From contig CM075992.1 of the NCBI GenBank assembly GCA_038087875.1, positions 6,822,001 to 6,886,000 of the forward strand: 64,000 bases of DNA, written 5' to 3'. The translations under genes were made by a program, and so were the position numbers. Numbering within the stretch: position 1 is the first letter of the stretch; the number at the start of each line of letters is the position of its first letter. Below the pieces are notes generated by a model. It saw only the letters and a program-made list of their open reading frames with translations, was not told where the DNA came from and did no database searches. This DNA is from Malacoraja senta (Eukaryota). Positions 15,945 through 27,300 of the stretch are shown here, one piece after another.

Positions 15945-15955
15945 AATAAAATAAA
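15945..15955 (+). terminator. SMARCA4 polyadenylation signal (overlapping AATAAA hexamers)
   Basis: AATAAAATAAA ~740 nt after the stop codon, followed by GT-rich sequence. Confidence 0.75.
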
Positions 15956-15979
15956 TACTTGACTGTGTCTGATAAATCT

Positions 15980-16465
15980 ATACGTATGTCCATGCGTGTG
16001 TCTGTTTGTGCAATGGTGTGTGTGTGTGTGCCCGCATGTGTGTCTGACTGTGTGTGTGTGCGTGCATGTTGTGTTAGTGTGTGCTAGCTTGTGTCTGCCT
16101 GCACGTATGTGTGTGCACAAGTATGTTGTGTGTGTGTGTGCGTGCCTGCATGTGTGTACTCGCATGTGTCTGAGTGCATGTGCATGTCTGGCCGTATGTG
16201 TGTGCATGCCTGCAAGTGTGCAGATGTGTGTGTCTGCCTGTGCACACGTGTGCATGCTCTAGTGTGCGTCTGCTTGTGCACGTATGTGTATGTCATGTGT
16301 GTGTGTGTGCGTCTGCCTGTATATGTGTGTCCGCGTCTGGTTGTGCGTGTATGTTGTGTGTATGGTCTGCCTGTACATATGTGTGTGTCCGTGTCTGGTT
16401 GTGCACGTATGTGTATGTTGTGTGTATGGTCTGCCTGTACATGTGTGTGCGCGCCTGCCTGTGCA
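15980..16465. repeat. Degenerate (TG)n tract just downstream of the SMARCA4 poly(A) signal
   Basis: TG runs with internal duplications (gtctggttgtgc...tatggtctgcctgtaca occurs twice). Confidence 0.9.
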
Positions 16466-17509
16466 GGATTTATCATTCAGTAACATCTACTTGCAGCTTT
16501 GATGTAGAATATCTCAATGCACTTAACACAAGTGATAAAAGCAAAGATTAACATTGAGCCATTATGGCAGATGGCCAAACACTTTGTTTAGAAGAGTTTT
16601 GTCCTTAAGTTAGGGTTATGTAGAATTCTGGAGCACGATGGTAGCACGATGATTAATCTCAGAGAAACTAACATCAGTAAAGTGCAAAGGGACAGAAATG
16701 GAGCACAGAGATTCTGGAGGGTGGTAGGGCAGGAGGTAATGCGATTGGGAAGAGACCATAGAGAGATTTGAACTCGATGAGAATTTCAAGTCAAAGCTTT
16801 GCAAGTTGTGGGTCGGGGTGGATGCCACAGAGAGACTGCAGGGTAGGATTCAAGGGGCAGAGATCTGTATGAGACCACTTTCCTGGGGGGGGGGGGAATG
16901 TGGGGGATAAGCAGAAAAACGAGGTAATTGCCTTAACTTAAAGGTGCGACCTCTTCAAAGTGAGACCTCTGAGATGGTGTTTGCTCTCCCAGCACCTACC
17001 TCTCTACCATCCAGCTGGATGCCAAATTCCTCGGTGTGCCAATGTCAAAGGGAAGGTGATGGTATTCGGAAAGGCCGTCATTCCTTCGGCTCGGCAAGGT
17101 GGCATTCCAGAGAACTGTTCGTAACCCAATAAAATTCTAAATCAAACCCAGCGCAAACCGAGTTTCCACACGGTGGGAGATGCTGCTGAGCTGAGATTTT
17201 TTTTCCCAGAGGTGGAGACAGTCCGCAGAAGCATTTTAAATCTCATTTTCCCATTCTTAATAATAAAGCTGATATTCAAAAGTGATAGAAAGCAGAAAGC
17301 CATTCGGCCCATCACGTCTACTCCATTCAATCATGGCTGATATATCTCCCTCCTACCCATTCTCCTGCCTTCTCCCCATAACTCCTGACACCCGTATTAA
17401 TCAAGAATCTATCAATCTCTGCCCTAAACATATCCATTGACTTGGCCTCCACAGCGGTCTATGGCGATGAATTCCACAGAATCGCCATTAATAATGTTAG
17501 CCTGAGACT

Positions 17510-17627
17510 TCTTCTTCTTGCGTATGGCGTGCACAGCGTAAAGTTGCAGGACAACTTGTTCTATTTGATTGTGCACGCCAGGTTGATTGCATTCGTTGAA
17601 ACAGTGAAGGTTGCAATCTCCCACCCC
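17510..17627 (-). mobile_element. Short structured retro-insertion with 11-bp TSD, (AAG)n tail and a partially deleted HDV-like 5' end
   Basis: TSD AGCCTGAGACT at 17499-17509 and 17628-17638. The - strand starts GGGGTGG and ends GCAAGAAGAAGA. Confidence 0.8.
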
Positions 17628-20037
17628 AGCCTGAGACTAAAGGCTAATGATGCTATTTTAAAAGATTTCACTGCAGTCGAGGTTTTGAATTCTATTGACG
17701 GGTTTTAAAAGGACAAGGCTGTGCCGGCATGGTTTGTTTAGATAGGATTCACGAAATGGATATTTACTCGAATGTATTCTTCCTGGAGATGGATGCAAAT
17801 AGCTGGAGTAACTCAGTGGGTCAGGCAGCATCTATGCAGATAAGGAATAGGTGATGTTTCGGGTCCAGACCCTTCTACACACTGAGTCAGGGGAAGTTGG
17901 AGAAATCAACTTCAAGTAACCCTTGCATCTAGGTTCACTGTCCTGGTGAGTTTCATTGTATAACTCGTTATCACCAATGGTAGACAGAAAAAGGAATTAG
18001 CCACGTTTCGGGTCGAGACCCTTATTCAGATTGAAGAAGGGTCTCGACCCGAAACGTCACCTATTCCTTCGCTCCATAGATGCTGCCTCACCCGCTGAGT
18101 TTCTCCAGCATTTTGTCTACCTTCTTCAGGCTGATGTCACCAAGCCCACAGCAGAATCATTCATGTGTTCTACATTTGTCTACATCTACGTCTATATCTC
18201 TCTTTTCCCTTTCCCCAAACTCAGTCTGAAGAAGGGTCTCGACCTGAAACATTCCTCTTACTCCAGCTTTCTTCGGTTGAAGCCAGCATCTGCAGTTCCT
18301 TCCCACACACTAGTATTCTTCCTGGGTTTGATGTGGCGACATTCCAGCTGGTGTCACGAACGGTCACCAGCAGCCCCCACACGCCCATCCCATTCCTCCC
18401 AGGCGTTCGTGTACGTATGGGCCCCACATATGTTGGACGACCGTAAACTCGGAATAACTTGTGAAGCCAGAAAATTCTGGAAAACATACAGCAGCATCAC
18501 ATACCATCTGTTTCTGGGATCTTGCTGTGTGCGCAATGGCCACTGTGATTTCTACATTACAATAGTTACCACACTTCAAAAACATTTCACTGGCTGATCC
18601 TCGCACACCGAGTCTGTGGATGACTCCAGCGCCTATTTGTAGCTGAGGCTAATCTAAAATAGCAGAGTTTACTTTTTTGATATGTGGCCATATGTTCACA
18701 CTTGGAGCGCTGTCTACAGTTCTCTTGATATTGCAAACAAAGTTATTGAGACAGGTAGAAGGTGCAAAACTGATTTACAAGGATAATACCAGAGCCAGGA
18801 GGTTATATATATATCAAGGAGGATTCGACGGGCTAGGGAACGTTTCTCTCATGAGACAATGAGACCAGTGGAGCTCTTTATGGTTATTTATTTTATAGGA
18901 AAGATATTATTAATGTGGAAAGGGTACAGAGAAGATTTATGAGGTTGTTGCCAGAACTCGAGAGCCTGAGCTATAGGGAGAGATACTATGTGGAAACAGA
19001 CCATTTTTGCGCACTGGGTCTGAATTGACCAGATATCATCCCGAACACTAACACTGTCCTACACACTAGGGACAATTTTACAACTTACTGAAGCCAATTA
19101 ACCTACAAACCTGTACGTCTTTGGAGTGTGGGAGGAAACCAGAGCACCCGGAGAAAACCCACGTGGTCACAGGGAGAACCTACAACAAATGTACAGACAG
19201 CACCCGTAATCAGGATTGAACCCGGGTCTCTGGCGATGTTTTAAGGCAGCAACTACCGCTGCATCATTGTGCCGCCCTGCTGTGCCACTGCGCACCACTA
19301 TAAGTGTTACAGAGTAATATGTTTACATATCTGTTTTGATGCTGCAAGTAAGGGCGGCATTGTTCGGGACATATGACAATAAAACACTCTTTGGTTCATG
19401 GTCGGTGAGGGGTCAGATGCAATGAGCCTCAAGCCACTGGCCTCTGCTGATCGATATTCTTCTTGGTGCCCAGAAGCACAGGGGAGGTGTCTTGTCCTGC
19501 CAACATACCTCCAGATTGTCTCGTACCTCTCTACCGTTTGACCACGGGTGTGCACAAGTCCAAGACCGGCTGCACTGCAGACCGTAGAGAGGTTGTCCCT
19601 GGAATCTCCTGATGCGGTGATTCGGTGCAGGGCAATGGCTCAGTGCGTCTGTCTCTGCCTGGCCTGCCATGTCCAGCGTACTGTTTTTATGACAGATGCA
19701 CAGCACTTTCGGATTACAAGTAGGTAGGGCCCATAAATGTAAGTCAGTCACGATGTAGAAACAAGGAACTGCAAATGCTGGTTTACAAAATAAGACACTA
19801 TGTACTGGAGTAACTCAGCCTGTCAGGCAGCATCACTGGAGAACATGGATGATCCATATTGCTGATCCAAGTTCTCCAGTAATGCTACCTGACCTGGTGA
19901 GTTACTCCAGAACTTTGTGTCTTTTATTTCAGGCAATCACAAACAAGTTCAAGGTGGGAATCAGAATCTTTCCACCAGTTCTAGAAGGTGGAACCTTCTA
20001 CAATGAGTAATTAAATTTAAGGGGATTCTAGATCAAT

Positions 20038-20815
20038 ATAATCATAATCATAATAATCATAATCATACTTTATTAGCCAAGTATGTTTTGCAACATATGA
20101 GGAATTTGATTTGCCATACAGTCATACCAATCAAAAGCAACAGAACACACAAAATACATTTTAACATAAACATCCACCACAGTGACTCCTCCACATTCCT
20201 CACTGATGGACGGCGAAAAATAGTTCAATCTCTTCCCTTCTTTGTTCTCCCGCGGTCGGGGTCCTCTAACCTTCCGTTGACGAGGGATCTTACTCCCGTA
20301 GCCGGCGGCGGGCCTCCTCGTCGGGGCGATCAAGCTCCTGCATCGGGGTGGGGGATCTCAGCTCCCCCGCGCCGGGCGATCTACACTAGGTCGGCAATAG
20401 TCGAACGTTGTGCAGCTTTTAGAGCTTCCCGACGACGGTCTCAACCCGAGACTTCGAGCTCCCGATGGTGAAATCCGCAGGCCGCAGTTGGAGCATCGAT
20501 CCGAGGCAAGGAATCGGCTCCAATGGTAAGTCCACGCCCCACGGTGGTGCTCAAAGTCAGGCCCAAGCAAGGCCTCCAGCTCCACGATGTTAGGCTGCAG
20601 AGCGACCGGAGATACGACCTGGAAAACAATCGCATCTCCGGCAAGGTAAGAGATTGAAAAAAAAGTTTCCCCCATTCCCCCCTGCCCAACCCCCACATCA
20701 AACAAACCAGAGAACATTAATACATACTTTTTAAATACACTAAAAATAACAAAAAAAGATGAAAAGGACAGACAGACTGTAGGCGAGGCTGCCATCGAAG
20801 CGCCACCTGGTGGAT
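20038..20815 (-). mobile_element. Unclassified non-LTR-like interspersed repeat with (GATTAT)n tail
   Basis: (ATAATC)n tandem run at 20038-20065 next to a CpG-rich body. A similar architecture appears near 55790-56190. Confidence 0.5.
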
Positions 20816-20860
20816 TTACGATTAAGATCAAAATAGGCAGATGAGGGGAGATCTTACATA

Positions 20861-22476
20861 CAGTGGCTTGCAAAAGTATTCATACCCCTTGAACTTTTCC
20901 ACATTTTGTCACGTTACAACCACAAACGTAAATGTATTTTATTAGGATTTTATGTGATAGACCAACACAAAGTGGCGCATAATTGTGAAGTGGAAGGAAA
21001 ATGATACATGGTTTTCAATTTTTTTACAAATAAAAAACTGAAAAGTGTGGCGTGCAAAAGTATTCAGCCCCCTTTACTCTGATACCCCTAAATAAAATCC
21101 AGTGCAACCAATTGCCTTCAGAAGTCACCTAATTAGTAAATAGAGTCCACTTGTGTGTAATCTAATCTCAGTATAAATACAGCTGTTCTGTGAAGGCCTC
21201 AGAGGTTTGTTAGAGAACATTAGTGAACAAACAGCATCATGAAGCCCAAGGGACACACCAGACAGGTCATGGATAAAGTTGTGGAGAAGTTTAAAGCAGG
21301 GTTAGGTTATAAAAAAATATCCCAAGCTTTGAACATCTCACGGAGCACTGTTCAATCCATCATCCGAAAATGGAAAGAGTATGGCACAACTGCAAACCTA
21401 CCAAGACATGGCCGTCCACCTAAACTGACAGGCCGGGCAAGGAGAGCATTGATCAGAGAAGCAGCCAAGAGGCCCATGGTAACTCTGGAGGAGCTGCAGA
21501 GATCCACAGCTCAGGTGGGAGAATCTGTCCACAGGACAACTATTAGTCGTGCACTCCACAAATCGGGCCTTTATGGAAGAGTGGCAAGAAGAAAGCCATT
21601 GTTGAAAAAAAGCCATAAGAAGTCCCATTTGCAGTTTGCCACAAGCCATGTGGGGGACACAGCAAACATGTGGAGGAAGGTGCTCTGGTCAGATGAGACC
21701 AAAATTGAAGTTGTTGGCCTAAATGCAAAATGCTATGTGTGGCGGAAAACTAACACTGCACATCACCCTGAACACACCATCCCCACTGTGAAACATGGTG
21801 GTGGCAGCATCATGCTGTGGGGATGCTTTTCTTCAGCAGGGACAGGGAAGCTGGTCAAAGTTGATGGGAAGATGGATGGAGCCAAATACAGGGCAATCTT
21901 GGAAGAAAACCTGTTAGAGTCTGCAAAAGACTTGAGACTGGGGCGGAGGTTCACCTTCCAGCAGGACAACGACCCTAAACATACAGCCAGAGCTACAATG
22001 GAATGGTTTAGATCAAAGCATATTCATGTGTTAGAATGGCCCAGTCAAAGTCCAGACCTAAATCCGATTGAGAATCTCTGGCAAGACTTGAAAATTGCTG
22101 TTCACAGATGCTCTCCATCCAATCTGACTAAGCTTGAGCTATTTTGCAAAGAAGAATGGGCAAAAATTTCAGTCTCTAGATGTGCAAAGCTGGTAGAGAC
22201 ATACCCCAAAAGACTTGCAGCTGTAATTGCAGCAAAAGGTGGTTTTACAAAGTATTGACTCAGGGGGGCTGAATACTTTTGCACGCCACACTTTTCAGTT
22301 TTTTATTTGTAAAAAAATTTGAAAACCATGTATCATTTTCCTTCCACTTCACAATTATGCGCCACTTTGTGTTGGTCTATCACATAAAATCCCAATAAAA
22401 TACATTTACGTTTGTGGTTGTAACGTGACAAAATGTGGAAAAGTTCAAGGGGTATGAATACTTTTGCAAGCCACTG
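20861..22476 (+). mobile_element. Full-length Tc1-family IR-DR DNA transposon (Passport-like), 1616 bp
   Basis: TA target duplication at 20859-20860 and 22477-22478. TIRs of ~212 bp start CAGTGGCTTGCAAAAGTATTCA, with inner direct repeats GTGTGGCGTGCAAAAGTATTCA. TATAAA at 21172. Confidence 0.97.
21239..22258 (+). CDS. Tc1-like DD34E transposase, 339 aa, uninterrupted ORF
   Basis: Paired-like HTH and GRPPK hook; catalytic motifs WSDETK, FQQDNDPKH and SPDLNPIE, with 34 residues between the second D and the E. Confidence 0.96.
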   Translation: MKPKGHTRQVMDKVVEKFKAGLGYKKISQALNISRSTVQSIIRKWKEYGTTANLPRHGRPPKLTGRARRALIREAAKRPMVTLEELQRSTAQVGESVHRTTISRALHKSGLYGRVARRKPLLKKSHKKSHLQFATSHVGDTANMWRKVLWSDETKIEVVGLNAKCYVWRKTNTAHHPEHTIPTVKHGGGSIMLWGCFSSAGTGKLVKVDGKMDGAKYRAILEENLLESAKDLRLGRRFTFQQDNDPKHTARATMEWFRSKHIHVLEWPSQSPDLNPIENLWQDLKIAVHRCSPSNLTKLELFCKEEWAKISVSRCAKLVETYPKRLAAVIAAKGGFTKY

Positions 22477-22478
22477 TA

Positions 22479-22843
22479 GGTATACAAAATCATGAGAGGA
22501 ATAGATCGGGTAGATGTATAGTCTTTTACTCAGAGTAGGGGAGTCGAGGACCAGAGGACATAGGTTGAAGGTGAAGGGGAAAAGATTTAATAGGAATCCG
22601 AGGAGTAACTTTTTCACACAGAGGGTGGTGGGTGTTTGGAACAAGCTGCCAGAGGAGGTAGTTGAGACTAGGACTATCCCATCGTTTAAGAAACAGTTAG
22701 ACAAGTACATGGATAGGACAGGTTTGGAGTGTTATGGACCAAGCGCAGGCAGGTGGGACTAGGGTAGCTAGGACATTGTTGGCCGGTGTGGGCGAGTTGG
22801 GCTGAAGGGCCTGTTTCCACACTGTGTCACTCTATGACTCTAT
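22479..22843 (+). mobile_element. CR1-clade LINE 3' fragment interrupted by the Tc1 element (left remnant 20836-20858)
   Basis: Joining the flanks gives atgaggggagatcttacaTAggtatacaaaatcatgagagg, which continues into RVGESRTRGHRLKVKG. Confidence 0.85.
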
Positions 22844-23926
22844 GTTTGTGCCCTTAATTTTAGCTACATTGTGAAGTTTTATCTGTAGTCTCATTTCTAA
22901 TTATCACAAGCATTTAGCATTTAGCATGATGTTATCGGTTGTATGTAAGAGAGAGAGAGAGCATTCTCCTGGGCACTTCCTGCTAAAACCATTCCCGGAA
23001 ATATCTCTGCCACAATCTTCCTGAGAGTCTGATTTGCAATTTTGTTTTCTCCATTTGTCTGTCTGCATCAAATGAAGTGAAGATACCAACTTTCTGTTGT
23101 TATGGCAACGATTGCACCAGACTATAGCGAGCAGAAGCCTAAATCTAAGTCAAAGTGTGGAATTGAATAGGAGCAGGAATTCAGAGGACAGGTTTCTAAC
23201 CCAGGCAGTTGAGGTTCGCAATGTTTAAACAATCTAGCTAGGTTTCTTCGGATAGGTATTTCTCCTGATGAAAAGAGGGTGTGCAAATAGGTGTATGTCT
23301 CAGTCTGAAGAAGGGTTTCAGCCCGAAATGTTGCCTATTTCCTTCGCTCCATAGATGCTGCTGCACCCGCTGAGTTTCTCCAGCACTTTTGTCTTCCTTT
23401 GTGCAAATAGGTGTATTTGTTCTTAGAGTTTTTCAGTCTTTCCTTGGTTTTCTTGGGAATTAATCACACACAAAATCATATCTCTGAATTTTGCAAGTGA
23501 CACAGTGGCGCAATGGGTCGCTGCCTTACAGCGCCAGAGACCCGGGTTCAATCCCGACCACAGGTGCTGTCTGGACGGAGTTTGCACGTCCTCCCTGTGA
23601 CCGCCTCAGTTTTCTCCGGGTGCTCTAGTTTCCTCCCACACTTCAAAGATGAGCAGGTTGTTTGTCAGCTAATTGGCTTCTATAAATTGTCCCTAGTGTG
23701 TAGGTTAGAACGAGTGTACAGGGTGATTGCTCGTCGGCGCGGATTCGGAGGGCCAAAGGGCCTGATTCCACACTGTATATATACAGTAAACTAAACTAAA
23801 CTTACATATTTTGAGGTCCTTACATTTTTTCTCCTCTCCCTCTATTTTCTCTCATTTTAGTACAGTACAGCACAGCACAGGAACAGGTCTTTCGACCCAT
23901 ACTTTCTGTGCCGAACTAAACTAATC

Positions 23927-24372
23927 TCTGTAGGAAAGAACTGCAGATGCTGGTTTAAATCGAAGATAGACACAAAATGCTGGAGTAACTCAGCAGGACA
24001 GGTAGCATCTCTGGAGAGAAGGAACGGGTGACATTTCGGGTCGAGACCCTTCTTCAGACTGATGTCAGGGGAGTGGGCGGAACAGAGATAAAATGTAAGA
24101 CTGGTAGGAGAACTGGGAAGGGGGGTGATGGAAAGAGAGGGAAAGCAAGGGCTACTTGAAGTTAGAAAAGTCAATGTTCATACCACTGGGTTGTAAGCTG
24201 CCCAAGCGAAATATGAGGTGGTGTTCCTCCAATTTGCACTGGGCCTCACTCTGACAATGGAGGAGGCCCAGGACAGAAAGGTCAGTGTGGGAATGGGAGG
24301 GGGAGTTAAAGTGTTGAGAAACCGGGAGATCAGGTTGGTTTAGGCGGACTTAGCGGAGGTGTTCAGCGAAAC
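23927..24372 (-). mobile_element. Penelope-like element 3' fragment (GIY-YIG C-terminus remnant plus terminal repeat)
   Basis: Reverse-complement homologue of 28830-29262; includes the hammerhead-like core near 24029-24057. Confidence 0.8.
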
Positions 24373-27300
24373 ACATGGGGAAAGTACCTGGGGAGGGGGT
24401 GGTTTGGGTGGGAAGGGACGGGTTGACCAGGGAGTTGTGGAAGGAATGGAGATGGGAAGATGCGGCTGATAGTGTGTCAGGCAGCAACTCTACTGCTCCA
24501 CCACCAACATGCTGCCTGACCGGCTAAGTTACTCCAGCACTTTGTGCTTTGCTCAAGATTCCAGCATCTGCAGTTCCTGGGTTTCCTGTCTGCCTTTATT
24601 CATAGGGATCAGACCAAACGATTATGCCTGAGTTTGCAATCAGAGTAATAGAGTCAAACAATACAGGCCCTTCAGCCCACCATGTCCATGCTGACCATCA
24701 CGTTTCCACCAACACGAATATCATTTACCTGCAGATAGACACAAAATGCTGGATAACTCAGCGGGTCAGGTAACATCTCTGGAGAAAAAAAATTGATGCC
24801 GTTTTAGGTCAGAACCCTCTTCAGACTCAAGAATCTGAAGAACGGTTCCAACCCAAAACGTCACCTATTCTTTTTCTCCAGAGATGCTGCCTGACCCGCT
24901 CAGCATTTTGTTACTCCAACCTTTTGTGTCTATCTTCGATATAAACCAGCACCTGCAGTTCCTTCCTACATTATTTGCCAGCACTTGCTTTGTAGCCTTT
25001 TATACTTCAGCAATTTAAGTGCATTTTGTATTTCAGCAGAGTTAAAAGCTTCATTTACACTGAGATTAATCTGAAATGAGCCGGAAGAGCTGTGGTTGTC
25101 GATGGCATGCTGGCATTACGTAACCAATAGTTACAGACACTTACTGTAATTTCTTTCCAAACAGTGGAGGTGGAGCTGCCCCTCCCTGCATTTCATGTCT
25201 GACTTCAGTGGGACTGAGGTGGAGGTATATAGGGAGGAGGAATGTTCCCTCTTGGTTTGGTCATTGCATCTTTGAGTCATTGCTTAATTCCTTGCCACCC
25301 CAGCCCGCCCCTGGCACAGATGCAACATTTTGCACAAATAAACTTGAATGCTTCTAACACGAACAAACAAAGGAAAATAACAAGAGAGAAATATTGTCCT
25401 TCCTCTTCCCGAGCAGGTTTGTGTCTGCAGTACTCAATTTTAAAGATGGTGGCCGCAGATGGCAGTAGAATTTCAGAATAGGTAGTGACTTCCCACCTGC
25501 TGCTCTCCATAGAAAGGTAGCAGGTACGACAGCTCTCCTGAACCTTTCTCGCCGCCTGTAAAATGGCACAGCGCCCTGCATTGTTCAAAACACGATAACT
25601 TGCTAATGAAATCATCACATCCCGCTTTTAACAGAGATCTATTTATGTGAATGTTTGAGAGCTCCACACGTCACGGAGCATAAAATACGGCAAATCATTC
25701 CTGTATCATTGTTTTTTTTTAACATTCGAGCGAAAGTACAAAAAGATGGCAAGCAGCCAGTCATTTCCTGCAGCTTTTTCTACAGTTTTAATTGCACAAT
25801 AATGAGACATTGTGTAGTCTTCAAACAAAAAAAATGAACAAATGTATTAGTTTAATCTAGCAGATGCATGTAGAGTAATTGGGAATACTCTCAGGACTAT
25901 ATTATCTGTAGGAAGGAACTGCAGATGCTGGTGTACACCGAAGATAGGCACAAATTGCTGGAGTAACTCAGTGGGTCAGGCAGCATATCTGGAGAAAAGG
26001 AATCTGTGACGTATCGGGTTGAGACCCTTCTTCAGACTGAGAGTTTGAAGTCTGTTTCTCAGTCTGAAGAAGGGTCTTGACCTGAAACATCACCTATCCC
26101 TTTTCTTCAGAGATGCTGCCTGACCCGCTGAATCACTCCAGCTTTTAATGTCTATCTTCAGGACAACATTAGATGTTGGACACACCCAACATCACAGCTC
26201 CTTGGTTTTACTCGCAACTTAAGGAAGAATTCGTCCAAAATTCAGGGCTTGTATCCTAATTTCACCACCTTGATAACCTTGTGTTCACTGACCTATATCG
26301 ACCCATGATTCATGAAATTCTCATATGTGTTCCTTCCTTCTCTCAGTAACCTCCACCATTCCTTTGAGATCTCGATATTCCCCTATATCTGCCCGCTTGC
26401 TCAAGGCCTCAAGCCCAAGTTTAGTTTCTCCATCGTTAGTGGCTTGGCTACTATCAGCTGCCAAGGTTTTTAGTCATGAAGTTCCCATGGTAAACCCCCT
26501 CTGCTTCTCCCTTTTCTTGCTTCCTTTAGGGCAACACAGTGGCACGGTAGAGTTGCTGCCTTACAGCGCCAGAGACATGGGTTCAATCCTGACTACGGGT
26601 CCTTTCTGTATGGAGTTTGTGACCGCGTGGGTTTTGCTACGTTTTCCTTCCACATTCCAAAGACGTGCAGGATTGTAGGTTAATTGTCCTTAGTGTGAAT
26701 ATAGATAGAACTAATGTATGGGTGATTGCTGGTCGGCCTCGAATCAGTGGGCCAAAGTGTCTGTTTCCACGCTGTATCTCTGAAGTAAACTAAACGAAAC
26801 TTTAAGGAGCCCCTTACGACCTGTCTCATCGACTACCTTTTAGGCTGCGTGCCCATAAGCAATTACATATTAATTTTTTGTTTAAATAAAACGCCTTGCA
26901 AAGTACCTTAAAGCATACTGAAGGAGCTACATATATAGAAGTTATTGGTCCTCTCAGCTCCCCTTTCTCTTTTTTTTATACTCCTCGTAACCTATTTATG
27001 CAATTGGTCACTTATCTAATATTTTAACGATATTTTGTTGGCCGTGTGGGACCTGGGACTGATTGGTTTTATTTAGTTAGAGACGTCATAAAGTTCCTAA
27101 AATTTGACCAGATGTTTGAGACACCTTGAAACTATCCATCTCTGTTGAAACCACTTCAGTAGTGGAGCAGAGAGAAAGCCATTTCCTCTACATCGGTTCA
27201 GCAGTCTCGGATTTCAACTTTGGAAATTTATGCAAATCTTGAAGGAGTAGGCCGGGCTAAAAAAGTGGCCTGATGGAGTGAATCACAATGGAACGCCCTC

